43,300 nucleotides of DNA. Source: Cyclobacteriaceae bacterium. GTDB taxonomy: Bacteria > Bacteroidota > Bacteroidia > Cytophagales > Cyclobacteriaceae. The position numbers and the translations under genes are program-made. Within the stretch, counting starts at the first letter, position 1, and every line of letters begins with the position of its first letter. Shown here piece by piece: positions 1 through 9,971 of the stretch. The stretch spans positions 1-43,300 of the forward strand of contig JABFSO010000271.1 of NCBI GenBank assembly GCA_013140555.1, given 5' to 3'. The notes under the pieces were generated by a model. It was not told where the DNA came from. It worked only from the letters and a program-made list of their open reading frames with translations, and made no database searches.

Positions 1-2
1 AA

Positions 3-593
3 GTATTTGGTTCGCTGGGAGCAACAGGATTGTTTACGGAAACAACTCCATATGCGCCCAATAGCCCTTACTCAGCTTCGAAGGCCAGCAGCGATTTGAT
101 GGTGCGTAGTTATTTTCATACCTACTGCATGAACGTGGTGACTACGAACTGCTCGAATAATTACGGACCAAAGCAGCACTCTGAAAAGCTAATCCCCACT
201 ATCATCCGAAAAGCATTAGCAGAGCAACCCATTCCTGTTTATGGCGATGGAAAAAATGTACGCGACTGGTTGTATGTGTTAGATCATTGCACGGGCATTG
301 ATTTAGTTTTTCAGAAAGGAAGAAGCGGAGAAACGTATAACATAGGCGGTAACAACGAACGCAACAATAATCAGATTGTCGATCGGATTTGTACCATCTT
401 AGATCAACAGAAGCCGCGCCCCAATGGCGAGTCGTACAAGAAGTTGATTACGTTTGTTCAGGACCGCGCAGGCCATGATAAACGCTATGCCATTGATGCT
501 ACTAAAATAACCACTGAGTTAGGATGGAAGCCCTCTCTGATTTTTGATCGAGGTATCGAAAAGACCATTGATTGGTATTTATCACAAAAATAG
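3..593 (+). CDS. rfbB: dTDP-glucose 4,6-dehydratase, C-terminal part (5' end lies outside the window)
   Basis: Frame is open from base 3 (VFGSLGATGLFTETT). Contains PNSPYSASKA (YxxxK), CSNNYGP, YGDGKNVRDWLYV and DRAGHDKRYAID. Confidence 0.95.
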   Translation, partial: VFGSLGATGLFTETTPYAPNSPYSASKASSDLMVRSYFHTYCMNVVTTNCSNNYGPKQHSEKLIPTIIRKALAEQPIPVYGDGKNVRDWLYVLDHCTGIDLVFQKGRSGETYNIGGNNERNNNQIVDRICTILDQQKPRPNGESYKKLITFVQDRAGHDKRYAIDATKITTELGWKPSLIFDRGIEKTIDWYLSQK

Positions 594-609
594 TTGAGAT
601 AACAACGTT

Positions 610-1710
610 TTGTTAGATCGGCTCGAACCTAGTAACTTTACTATAAACCCTAACCCTACTTTTATCATACGATTATTTCTTTATACGGCCATTGCATTCC
701 TGATTTCGTTTTTGTTTTTCCCGGTGCTGATCAAAATTTTAAAGCAGTGGAAAATATACGATTCGCCAGGACAGCATAAAATACACACTACGTTTATTCC
801 AAGTCTGGGAGGCGTAGCGATTTTTGTGGGTGCACTTTTTGCATTAATGATTTCGTTATCGCTGAAAAACTGGATGGATAGTAAATATCTATTCATCTCC
901 ATTTCATTGATGTTTTTTATTGGCTTACGCGATGATGTGCTTGCACTTACGCCAAAGCAAAAATTATACAGTCAATTTTTGCCTGTAATTTTATTGGTGT
1001 TTTTGAATGGAGTAACACTCAATTCAACCTACGGCATTATCGATCTTCCGTTCATTCCGATTTGGATCGTGTGGATTATTTCCGTGCTCACGCTAGTGAT
1101 ATTGACGAATGCCTACAACCTCATTGATGGACTGGATGGATTGGCAGGAAGCATCGGCATTATTTCGCTTACCTTTTTTGGGCTTTGGTTTCATTCTATT
1201 GGCGAGGAAACATTCAGCCTTATTGCCATGACATTTGCCGGGCCGCTGCTGGCCTTTTTATTTTTCAATTGGCAACCGTCAAAAATTTTTATGGGCGACA
1301 CGGGGGCGCTGATGATTGGATTTTTATTGTCATTTATGGCCATACAATTCATTAATTCAAACTATGATTTACCGATCGGCCACCCTTCCAAGTTTCAGGC
1401 TTCTGTTTCTACGGCCGTGGCAGTAGTGATTATTCCAGTGTTTGATACATTGCGCGTCATAATTCTTCGACTGAGAAAGATGCAATCACCTTTCAAAGCA
1501 GATCGCAACCACCTGCATCATCAGTTTTTGAATTTAGGATTCAATCATGCTAAAGCTGTGTTGACGCTCTCAGCCATCAACCTGTTTTTTATCGGTATGG
1601 TTTGGTTATTACGCGATTATACCGATCACTTGATTCTGCCTTTGATTGTGTTAATTTGCCTGGCTATTAATTATATTTTGAAAAGAGCACAAGCGGCTCG
1701 AGCGCATTAA
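610..1710 (+). CDS. MraY/WecA-family (GT4) undecaprenyl-phosphate sugar-1-phosphate transferase
   Basis: Multi-TM protein with KIH..IPSLGG, GLRDD, NAYNLIDGLDGLAG, FMGDTG and PFKADRNHLHH motifs. Start is uncertain (TTG at 610, no ATG before TM1). Confidence 0.9.
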   Translation: MLDRLEPSNFTINPNPTFIIRLFLYTAIAFLISFLFFPVLIKILKQWKIYDSPGQHKIHTTFIPSLGGVAIFVGALFALMISLSLKNWMDSKYLFISISLMFFIGLRDDVLALTPKQKLYSQFLPVILLVFLNGVTLNSTYGIIDLPFIPIWIVWIISVLTLVILTNAYNLIDGLDGLAGSIGIISLTFFGLWFHSIGEETFSLIAMTFAGPLLAFLFFNWQPSKIFMGDTGALMIGFLLSFMAIQFINSNYDLPIGHPSKFQASVSTAVAVVIIPVFDTLRVIILRLRKMQSPFKADRNHLHHQFLNLGFNHAKAVLTLSAINLFFIGMVWLLRDYTDHLILPLIVLICLAINYILKRAQAARAH

Positions 1711-1711
1711 T

Positions 1712-2734
1712 ATGGAAGAGAGAGTAAGAAAAATAGAAGAAGAGGTAAAAGCCTTTCTAGTTGCCAGCAAAGAGGATCTCGAAAATTTTCGGTTAAAATT
1801 TATCAGCAAGAAAGGCGCGGTTTCTTCTTTGTTTGATGATCTGAGGCAAGCTTCGGTAGAAGAGAAGAAGAAAATTGGCAAGGTGCTGAATGAATTAAAG
1901 CAATTAGCCGAAGATAAATTCAAGCATCTGCAGGAAAAACTAGATAGCAGCCCGGATGCAGCTGGCGGTCAAATCGATTTATCGCTGCCAGTGGTTCCGA
2001 ACAAAGTGGGCAATCTTCATCCCTTGAATTTAACTCGCTACCGCATCATCGAAATTTTTGAACGCCTCGGCTTCAATGTTTCAGATGGCCCGGAGGTAGA
2101 AGACGATTGGCATAATTTTACAGCGCTCAACTTTGCTGAGAACCATCCGGCACGGGAGATGCAGGACACATTCTTTGTTGAAAAGAATCCGGATGTTCTG
2201 CTACGCACCCACACATCCAACGTGCAAGTGCGATTGATGAAAAATCAAAAGCCTCCCATTCGTTCGATCATGCCCGGGCGTGTGTATCGCAACGAAGCGA
2301 TTTCAGCTCGTGCACATTGTTTCTTTCATCAGGTAGAAGGTTTGTATGTAGATAAAAAAGTCGGCTTCTCTGATTTGAAGCAAACACTGTATCATTTCGC
2401 GAAAGAGATGTTTGGACAAGAAACGAAAATTCGTTTGCGTCCTTCGTTCTTTCCATTTACAGAGCCGAGTGCAGAAATTGATATTTCATGTTTGATCTGC
2501 CATGGCAAAGGTTGCAATGTGTGTAAGTACAGCGGTTGGGTAGAGATTGCAGGCTCCGGAATGGTGCATCCGCACGTGTTAAAAAATGGAGGCATCGATC
2601 CAGAGGAGTTTACCGGATTTGCATTTGGTATGGGCATCGAGCGCATTACCATGTTGCGATATAGCATTAATGACTTGCGTTTGTTTTCCGAAAATGATCT
2701 TCGCTTTTTAAGGCAGTTCAAGTCGGTGATATGA
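1712..2734 (+). CDS. pheS: Phenylalanine-tRNA ligase alpha subunit
   Basis: NFTALN..HPAREMQDTF, LRTHTS, FHQVEGL, RPSFFPFTEPSAE, CxxCxxxGCxxC and GFAFGMGIER. Confidence 0.98.
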   Translation: MEERVRKIEEEVKAFLVASKEDLENFRLKFISKKGAVSSLFDDLRQASVEEKKKIGKVLNELKQLAEDKFKHLQEKLDSSPDAAGGQIDLSLPVVPNKVGNLHPLNLTRYRIIEIFERLGFNVSDGPEVEDDWHNFTALNFAENHPAREMQDTFFVEKNPDVLLRTHTSNVQVRLMKNQKPPIRSIMPGRVYRNEAISARAHCFFHQVEGLYVDKKVGFSDLKQTLYHFAKEMFGQETKIRLRPSFFPFTEPSAEIDISCLICHGKGCNVCKYSGWVEIAGSGMVHPHVLKNGGIDPEEFTGFAFGMGIERITMLRYSINDLRLFSENDLRFLRQFKSVI

Positions 2735-3588
2735 CCCAGCCTATTCAAACAGTAGCGGTAGTAGGTGCTGGCACGATGGGGCAAGGGATTGCTCAGGTGT
2801 GTGCGATGAGCGGCTACAAAACTATTTTGTTTGACATTGATTCTACGCTTTCGCAAAAAGCGCTAGGTGCGATTGCTGTAAATCTGGAGACAGCAGTAGC
2901 CAAAGGCAAACTAACTACTGAAGCAAAGCAACGAACAGTAGAATTGCTCATCACTGCGAAGGACATTTCTGAATTAAAAGTGAATTTGGTAATTGAAGCC
3001 GTGGTGGAACGACTGGAGGTGAAGCAACAACTTTTTGCACAGCTTGAATCAATCAATCAAGGCCAGTGTATTTTAGCATCGAATACCTCCTCCATTTCGA
3101 TTACACAGATTGCTTCTGCTTTGAAATATCCACGGCAGTGTGTGGGGTTGCATTTCTTCAATCCGGCTCACTTGATGAAGTTGGTGGAAGTAGTGAATGG
3201 AGCTGCAACAGATCCCGCTGTGGTTTTGCAAATGAAGAATTTTGCGCAATCACTTTCAAAAATTACGGTAGAGACAAAAGATTCGCCCGGCTTCATCGTT
3301 AATCGGGTGGCGCGACATTATTATGTGGAGGCACTGAAATTGTTGGAGGAAGGTGTTGCCGATGTGGCCACCATTGATAAGCTGATGCGATCGGCTGGTT
3401 TTAAAATGGGGCCTTTTGAATTGATGGATTTGATTGGCATTGATATCAACTTTGCGGTGACATCATCTTTGTATCATTCTTTTTTTCAAGATTCAAAATT
3501 CAGACCGAGTCGCATTCAGCAACAAAAAGTTTTGGCCGGCCATTTAGGTAGAAAAACAGGCAAAGGATTTTATGAATATGGAAAGTAA
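2731..3588 (+). CDS. 3-hydroxybutyryl-/3-hydroxyacyl-CoA dehydrogenase (Hbd/PaaH family)
   Basis: GAGTMGQGIA Rossmann motif, IEAVVE, SNTSS, GLHFFNP, DSPGFIVNR, MGPFELMDLIG and GRKTGKGFY. ATGA overlap with the pheS stop. Confidence 0.93.
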   Translation: MTQPIQTVAVVGAGTMGQGIAQVCAMSGYKTILFDIDSTLSQKALGAIAVNLETAVAKGKLTTEAKQRTVELLITAKDISELKVNLVIEAVVERLEVKQQLFAQLESINQGQCILASNTSSISITQIASALKYPRQCVGLHFFNPAHLMKLVEVVNGAATDPAVVLQMKNFAQSLSKITVETKDSPGFIVNRVARHYYVEALKLLEEGVADVATIDKLMRSAGFKMGPFELMDLIGIDINFAVTSSLYHSFFQDSKFRPSRIQQQKVLAGHLGRKTGKGFYEYGK

Positions 3589-4027
3589 ATTGGCTTCAAG
3601 CAGCAGAAACAGCGCCAAGCTGTTGTTCACTGGCAGTTTCTTGTTTTTAGCCGTGATGATATTTTCTGCACCAGACGCCAAAGCTCAGGCTTCCTTTGCA
3701 CCAATCAATATCAACCTATCCTACCCACAATACCAGCGACTAAAGCTCGATGGTGGTTATCAATATATCGATGATGGTGGAATGCAGGGAATTATTCTTT
3801 ATCGTCAGGATGAGAATACTTACATCGCGTACGAACGGTTGTGCTCGTTGGATGATGAGCCTCCGGTGAGCGTGGATGGTTCGGGTTTATTCATGAAAGG
3901 ATGTAGTTCCACATACAGTTTTTCAGATGGTTACCCAACAGGCGGACCGGCTACACGGCCACTCATGAAATACCGAACATCGCTAACAGGAACTACGTTG
4001 GTGATTACCGATGAGATGGCGTTTTGA
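3578..4027 (+). CDS. Exported Rieske-like-fold hypothetical protein with degenerate metal ligands
   Basis: Signal peptide ending AKA-Q. AYERLC...GCSSTY...DG...GPA..PL..Y resembles the Rieske C-terminal pattern but has no His ligands. Start is 3572 or 3578. Confidence 0.6.
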   Translation: MESKLASSSRNSAKLLFTGSFLFLAVMIFSAPDAKAQASFAPININLSYPQYQRLKLDGGYQYIDDGGMQGIILYRQDENTYIAYERLCSLDDEPPVSVDGSGLFMKGCSSTYSFSDGYPTGGPATRPLMKYRTSLTGTTLVITDEMAF

Positions 4028-4266
4028 GAGGTCTTAATAATAAATAATAGAATGATGGTTCAATCATGCTCTTTTCTTTCAAGGTGATAATGGATTCTAT
4101 CAAGGTATTAAGTAATAAGATAGTCTAATTTGCACTCTACATAACAGCCATCACTAACAGATTAGGGTGCTAGTTAAATTATTTGACTAACTCTACCAGT
4201 ATTCTAAAATATTTATTAGTAAATTCGTATACATAACGTTGACATTTGTTTCTTGCTGAAGCATAA

Positions 4267-5250
4267 ATGAAATCACGGATTCCAAATACCACCCAATTAC
4301 TAACAGTTATTTTCCTGATTGCTTTTTTTAGCTTCGAATCTTGCGATATGGAAGAAATAACTCCTGAAATTTATCTGGAGGGAAAGCCAATACTTGGTGC
4401 CGCTTGGTTCCACAAATTACAACTGTATGGCTCTGGAGACTTACTTCCTAAGATTAGCTCGGACGGCACCAAGTTACTTTATACAGGAAGCCCTTCTTTA
4501 GGAAATCGAGGATTGTGGGTAATGGATATAGCTACGCAAAGCAAAACGCTGATAACTACTGATGGTTTTAATGCAGACTGGGCTCCAGATGGGCAATCTA
4601 TCTACTTTAATGGATACGACTTGCAGATATACGAGGCAAAATTGGATGGCAGCGAACTACTACAGCTAACTTCTGGCGAAGGACAGAACCTATTTCCCGC
4701 TTGTAGCCCTGATGGTAATCACATCATTTATGCGAACACATATTTTAAAGACGGAGGCATCTATATCATAAATACAAAAGGCACTTACAAAAAGAAGATA
4801 CTCTCAAATCTAACGTACTACCCAGCTTGGATGCCCGACCAAAAGTCATTTTTCCTAGCCAATGGAAATACATACGATACGCTTGGCCAAGTGGTTAAAG
4901 AGCTAAATTTCAAACTCAAATACGGTCCAGGCAATGCAAGTGTATCACCAACAGATAGTCGAATCGTAATTAGTGCTAGCAGTGGAATTTATGTGGTCAA
5001 TCCAGATGGAAGCGGCTTAAAAAGAATACTCCCAAACCATTTATATAATCCGAGCCATCAAGGCCCTGTAAAATTATGGGCTCAAAATGCAAGCTGGCAT
5101 CCGGATGGTAAGCACATCATTTATGAGCACCTCGCCTTCACCAGAACCAAGCAGACAGATAGTTATGGTTTGTTCGTGGAGGGAACAATGGCTTTTTACA
5201 AAGTGAATGTGGACAGTGCCATTATGGTTAGTAATCTTCAATTGTATTAA
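4267..5250 (+). CDS. TolB-like/PD40 beta-propeller lipoprotein
   Basis: Hydrophobic N-terminus ending FESC (lipobox-like). Repeated blades ISSDG, WAPDG, CSPDG, WMPDQ, VSPTD and WHPDG. Confidence 0.8.
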   Translation: MKSRIPNTTQLLTVIFLIAFFSFESCDMEEITPEIYLEGKPILGAAWFHKLQLYGSGDLLPKISSDGTKLLYTGSPSLGNRGLWVMDIATQSKTLITTDGFNADWAPDGQSIYFNGYDLQIYEAKLDGSELLQLTSGEGQNLFPACSPDGNHIIYANTYFKDGGIYIINTKGTYKKKILSNLTYYPAWMPDQKSFFLANGNTYDTLGQVVKELNFKLKYGPGNASVSPTDSRIVISASSGIYVVNPDGSGLKRILPNHLYNPSHQGPVKLWAQNASWHPDGKHIIYEHLAFTRTKQTDSYGLFVEGTMAFYKVNVDSAIMVSNLQLY

Positions 5251-5294
5251 AAATAACTCATCACACTCTACCACCTCAACTTAAACCAAAAACT

Positions 5295-7913
5295 ATGAAC
5301 TGATTGAGCTTTTCAATTTTATTTTTTTGCCTATTTCTTAAATTCAGCCAAACCTCTGGACAAAGCCAAGAAAATTATGTTAAAGGCAAAGTGCTGGTGT
5401 GCTTTAAAGAAGGAGCGTTGAGTCATGCAGCTCTAAACCATAATAACCGAGAACTTGATTTTGAAAAACTATTTCAAAAACATAGCTTTAAAGATTCTCT
5501 CAAAGCCATTAAAATAAATAGGGCTAAAAAGCTCATCAGAAACTCGAAGCCTGGTAAACAATATTCTTATTCAAGAACAGGTGAGAAAATTTCAATACCT
5601 TCCTTTTATAATTGGGTAACTCTGGAAGTTCCTGATACAACAGACATTCCTAAACTTTGTTCGAGGCTGATAAAGATGAAACACATTCAATATGCAGAAC
5701 CTGACTATATTCTGAATACTACTGTACAACAACCCAACGATCCGTTATTTTCGAGAGCATACTATGATCCACAAAATCGCGCGGACATTAATGCGCTTCG
5801 TGCGTGGGACTTTACCAAGGGTAGCAATAGCATTCGAGTGGCTATTGTTGATTCTGGAATAGATTATACAAATCCGGACTTAGGTGAAACATTTGGAAGT
5901 AGTGCTAAGAAGGTAACTAGTGGTTTTGATTATCAGAATAATGATTTTGATCCTATGGATGACAGAGATGACAGCCATGGCACTGGTGTTGCGGGCATTG
6001 TTGGTGCGCTTTCAAATAATGGTGATTATGTAACAGGGGTGGCTGGTGGAGATCAGTCGACCAATAACAATGGTGTTCAACTTATCGCATTAAAGGTTGG
6101 ACCAGGAGGAAGCAATAATATAGTGTCGAACCAATACTCCATTGAAGCCATTTATGATGCAGCAACTTCAGTAAGTAGTGGTGGTTTTGGATGTCATGTA
6201 ATTAACTACAGTGCAGGAACTTCTTCTACTAGTGATCTGAATGCTTTTCGAGGTGTGCTTTCTTATGCAGCTCAAAATGGAGTAATATTTGTTGCAGCCA
6301 AAGGAAACGAAAACACGAATGCGCCTTTTTATCCGGCAGATTTGGCGGACAATCTGGTTCTATCAGTAGGGGCGATGAATGGGAACAATGTTAGAGCAAA
6401 TTTTTCCAACTACGGAGGCAATGTTGATATAATAGCACCTGGTGACGGAGCTCTAATTTATACTACAGGAAGAAGAACTGTATCTGTATACCAAAGCCCG
6501 TCTGGAACATCTGTGGCTGCACCGTTTGTAACAGGCGTAGCTGCTTTGCTAAAATCGTATAATCTAAACCTACACCGCGATGATATTGAAAACCTAATTC
6601 AGTTATCGGCCAATGATATTACTGATGATCCTAGATCAAATACTACGAACCTTATCGGGTACGATCAATATACAGGGCACGGAAAATTAAACGCGGGCAA
6701 AGCATTAGAGTTTTTAGCTGCACCTTACGTACTAGAGCAAAAGACCGCGGTGGGGGGCACGGTTTCAAATAGTCCTAATAGAGAAAGCCTTCAACTTAAC
6801 AATGATAGTGGTATAGGGTTATCAACTGGGGTATACATTGGGAAAAGATATGAAGTAAAAACAACAGTAACTTTGCCAGCTTCTCTGTGTAATGAGCGGT
6901 ATATTTGGGCTAGAACTTCAGGAGCGACACTAGGTTGGTCTGCGGCTGTACCCAATAATCAAATGGGCAATATGGAAATCTTATCGGTTTCAGGTAATAC
7001 AGCCACATTGCGTACTTGGGTTTTTTATATTGAGTCTAGTGTGACTGGTCAACAAATTAATACGTATTATCCAACTAGGCCAGAAAATGTAGTTTTCGCA
7101 TATACGTTACTCACAAATCAACCGCTATACTCAAATATTACTGGCCCTACTTTGATTTGTACCACCGGTAATTTTACTTTACAAAATGTACCAGTAGGTA
7201 ACACTTTAAATTGGTCTTCCTCTAACCCCTCTGGCCTTGCCATCAACCCTTCTTCCGGTTTAGCTACCCGAGTAAACAACTTCAATGGACAAGTAACTAT
7301 TACCGCTACTATCATAGGAGCCTGTGGGAGTTTAAACATTCCAACAACTATTTGGGTTGGTGTTCCAAGTCCTCCGGGAGCTTTCTCATTGCTAAGCGGA
7401 AACTTGAACAATATGTGCAAAAGGTCGCAAGCACAGGTGTTGATAAACCCTGTGGCTGGTGCTTCCTCATATGTCTGGTTGTCCAATAACCCTTCTGGTT
7501 TGCAGGTAGATGGTTCGGGCCTTGGGGCTTTGATAACTGGCTTGACTACCTCTGTGAACAGCTCCCTTGGATATTGGTCATTTAACTATGGCGGGGCAAA
7601 CACCTGTGGGTCAAATACTGCGCTTTATGGCGTGGTGATTTATAACTGTACAGCAGGAGATATTGGCGCATTACGGTTAACATCTTATCCAAACCCTGCA
7701 AGTGATTCATTTACAGTAACCTTGAAAGAAGAAGATAATAAGGAAACAGCGGAGGTAACTCTTTTCGATAAAAAAATGGAAAGAGTTTACTTTGTTCGTT
7801 CGGAAGAAAAAGAGTTATCTATATCTTCAGCCGGGCTTCCAGCCGGGCTTTACTATTTAAATATTGTTATTGGCAAGGAAATAACTAAACTGCAAATTCT
7901 GATCAATCATTAA
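5295..7913 (+). CDS. S8 (subtilisin) serine protease with T9SS C-terminal sorting domain; in-frame TGA at codon 3, so possibly a pseudogene or re-initiated at TTG 5304
   Basis: Catalytic D (IVDSG), H (HGTGVAG), S (SGTSVAAP) and oxyanion N (AKGN). Propeptide ends YAEPDY...PNDP. C-terminal YPNPA...GLYYLNI..KLQI. ATG AAC TGA TTG at 5295-5306. Confidence 0.85.
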
Positions 7914-7997
7914 ATGCAGCCAAAGTTTGGTTATAGAAGTCTAATACGTACATGTTGATTGGTGGTTTTTATTGGTATGTTGATTTGACCTCAATCT

Positions 7998-8045
7998 AAG
8001 GGTGAGAACTTAGCTGGTTTTATAACCGCTCAATTCTCACCCCTT
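7998..8045. terminator. Hairpin between convergent genes, probable terminator
   Basis: GGGTGAGAA (8000-8008) pairs with TTCTCACCC (8034-8042), with inner AGC/GCT and GGTT/AACC pairs. U-tracts are weak. Confidence 0.5.
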
Positions 8046-8061
8046 TGAAAAAGGAATTTTC

Positions 8062-9846
8062 TTACTCCACCTCCTCTACCTGCATTTGTTTTTCATACAG
8101 TTCTTTGTACACACCATTGTGTGCCAATAAACTTTCGTGGGTGCCTTCTTCTACCATGTTGCCATCATGCAATACAATAATTTTGTTGGCGAGTTTGGCA
8201 GAGGAAACGCGGTGTGAAATAATGATCGATGTCCGGCCTTGCATGATTTTCTTCATGCTGTTGAGAATGGTGTTTTCGGTTTTTGTATCTACCGCAGAAA
8301 GCGCATCATCTAAAATCAAAATCTTAGGCTCACGCGCAATGGCGCGCGCAATAGACACCCGTTGTTTCTGCCCACCGGAAAGTGTGATGCCCCGCTCACC
8401 TACACGCGTAGCAAAAGTTTGTGGAAAGCCCATGATGTTATCATAAACATCGGCATCTTTCGCTGCCTTGATTACTTTGGCCTCGTCTGGTGTCTTTAAG
8501 CCAAAAGCAATGTTGTTGAATATTGTATCACTGAATAAAAATACATCTTGCGGCACAATGCCCAACTGACTTCGCAAGCTTATCAGTTCATATTGCTTAA
8601 TAGGAATATCATCAATCCGGATTTCTCCTTCAGTTGCATCATACAATCGAGCTACCAGATTCGACACCGTGCTTTTACCGGAGCCGGTAGTTCCAATAAT
8701 CGCGAGCGACTCACCTTTCTCAATCGTGAAGGAAATATTTTTCAAAGCTTTTATGCCGGTATCAGGATAGGTGAAGGAAACATGCTTGAATTCAATCTTG
8801 CCCGTCAGTTCTTTCTGAAGATCTTTTTCAGAAACAATGTCCGTTTTAGTGCGAAGGAATTCATTGATTCTTTTTTGCGATGCCTCCGCGCGTTGCACCA
8901 AGCTGCTTGTCCAGCCCAGTGAAGTCACCGGCCAGGTAAGTAGGTTCACATAAATAATAAACTCGGCTATGTTGCCGAATGTAAGCGTTCCATTAATCAC
9001 TTCTACACTTCCGGCATATACCGTAAGCACCGTGCTAAGTCCCACCAATCCCATGATCAATGGAAAGAAAAGAGCCTGCACTCGAGTTAGCTTCAGCGAC
9101 TGGCGCTTATACTCATTGCTCTCTTGCGTGAAATTGGCCACCGATTCCTGTTCGCGTGTAAACGATTTGAGCACGCGTATGCCGGAAAAAGCTTCTTGTA
9201 CAAAAGTGCTCAATCGCGATTGACTTTTTTGAATCATCTCCGAGCGGTGTTCAATAATGTTATTCACATAGAAAATACTGATTGACAAAATCGGTAGCGG
9301 AATAAGCGCATACCAAGTTAGTTTCGCACTAATGCTGAACATAATCGGAATGAGCATCATAAAAAGTGTGATGAGGGTAAGACCATACATGATAGAAGGC
9401 CCCAGATACATGCGCACTCTTCCTACATCTTCGCTGATGCGGTTCATCAAATCGCCCGTATTATTTCTGCGGTAAAAACTGAGCGGCAGTGTTTCGTAAT
9501 GTTCGAAGATTTCGTTTTTAAGATCGTACTCAATCAATCGGCTCATGACAATGAGAGTCTGGCGAACCAGATAAAGAAAGAAGCCACGCAGCAAAGCCAT
9601 TCCCAAAATCAACAGCGCATAAATAAGAATGCCGCGGGCAAAGACATCAAAAAATTTGCCTTGAGCATCTGTATTTTCAAAAGAGCGATAAATGCGAATG
9701 TTATCAACCACTAAATCAATGGAGTGGCGCACCATTTGCGCGGGCAAAATTTGAAAAACGTTGGAGATGATGACCCAAATCAACCCCAAAATGAGTGGTT
9801 TTTTGTACTTATAGAAATACTTATTGAGATAACTGAGTTCGTGCAT
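8062..9846 (-). CDS. ABC exporter, fused permease/ATPase (MsbA/multidrug type)
   Basis: TM domain followed by GTTGSGKST, LSGGQKQR, ILDDALSAVD and SHR. Confidence 0.93.
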   Translation of the reverse strand: MHELSYLNKYFYKYKKPLILGLIWVIISNVFQILPAQMVRHSIDLVVDNIRIYRSFENTDAQGKFFDVFARGILIYALLILGMALLRGFFLYLVRQTLIVMSRLIEYDLKNEIFEHYETLPLSFYRRNNTGDLMNRISEDVGRVRMYLGPSIMYGLTLITLFMMLIPIMFSISAKLTWYALIPLPILSISIFYVNNIIEHRSEMIQKSQSRLSTFVQEAFSGIRVLKSFTREQESVANFTQESNEYKRQSLKLTRVQALFFPLIMGLVGLSTVLTVYAGSVEVINGTLTFGNIAEFIIYVNLLTWPVTSLGWTSSLVQRAEASQKRINEFLRTKTDIVSEKDLQKELTGKIEFKHVSFTYPDTGIKALKNISFTIEKGESLAIIGTTGSGKSTVSNLVARLYDATEGEIRIDDIPIKQYELISLRSQLGIVPQDVFLFSDTIFNNIAFGLKTPDEAKVIKAAKDADVYDNIMGFPQTFATRVGERGITLSGGQKQRVSIARAIAREPKILILDDALSAVDTKTENTILNSMKKIMQGRTSIIISHRVSSAKLANKIIVLHDGNMVEEGTHESLLAHNGVYKELYEKQMQVEEVE

Positions 9847-9971
9847 GGTGCGATAAAAACGAAAGGTACTAGTTTTGGTTCATTTGAATGGGGCTGTAAA
9901 TTTTGAATTTTGAATTTTATATGTTGAACAGCAAGTAGTAATTTGCACCCGTATTCAACGTTCTTTACCAA

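Noticed and set aside
646-658. Telomere-like AACCCTAACCCTA
   Set aside because: Only two units, which is expected by chance.
5301-5303. TGA as evidence of an alternative genetic code or selenocysteine
   Set aside because: TGA is a normal stop in pheS (2732-2734) and yajC (12504-12506). The position is in a signal peptide, where Arg fits and Sec does not.
7828-7850. Tandem CAGCCGGGCTT repeat in the protease C-terminal domain
   Set aside because: Two in-frame copies encoding SAGLPAGL, which fits the usual T9SS CTD motif. No sign of a variable repeat.
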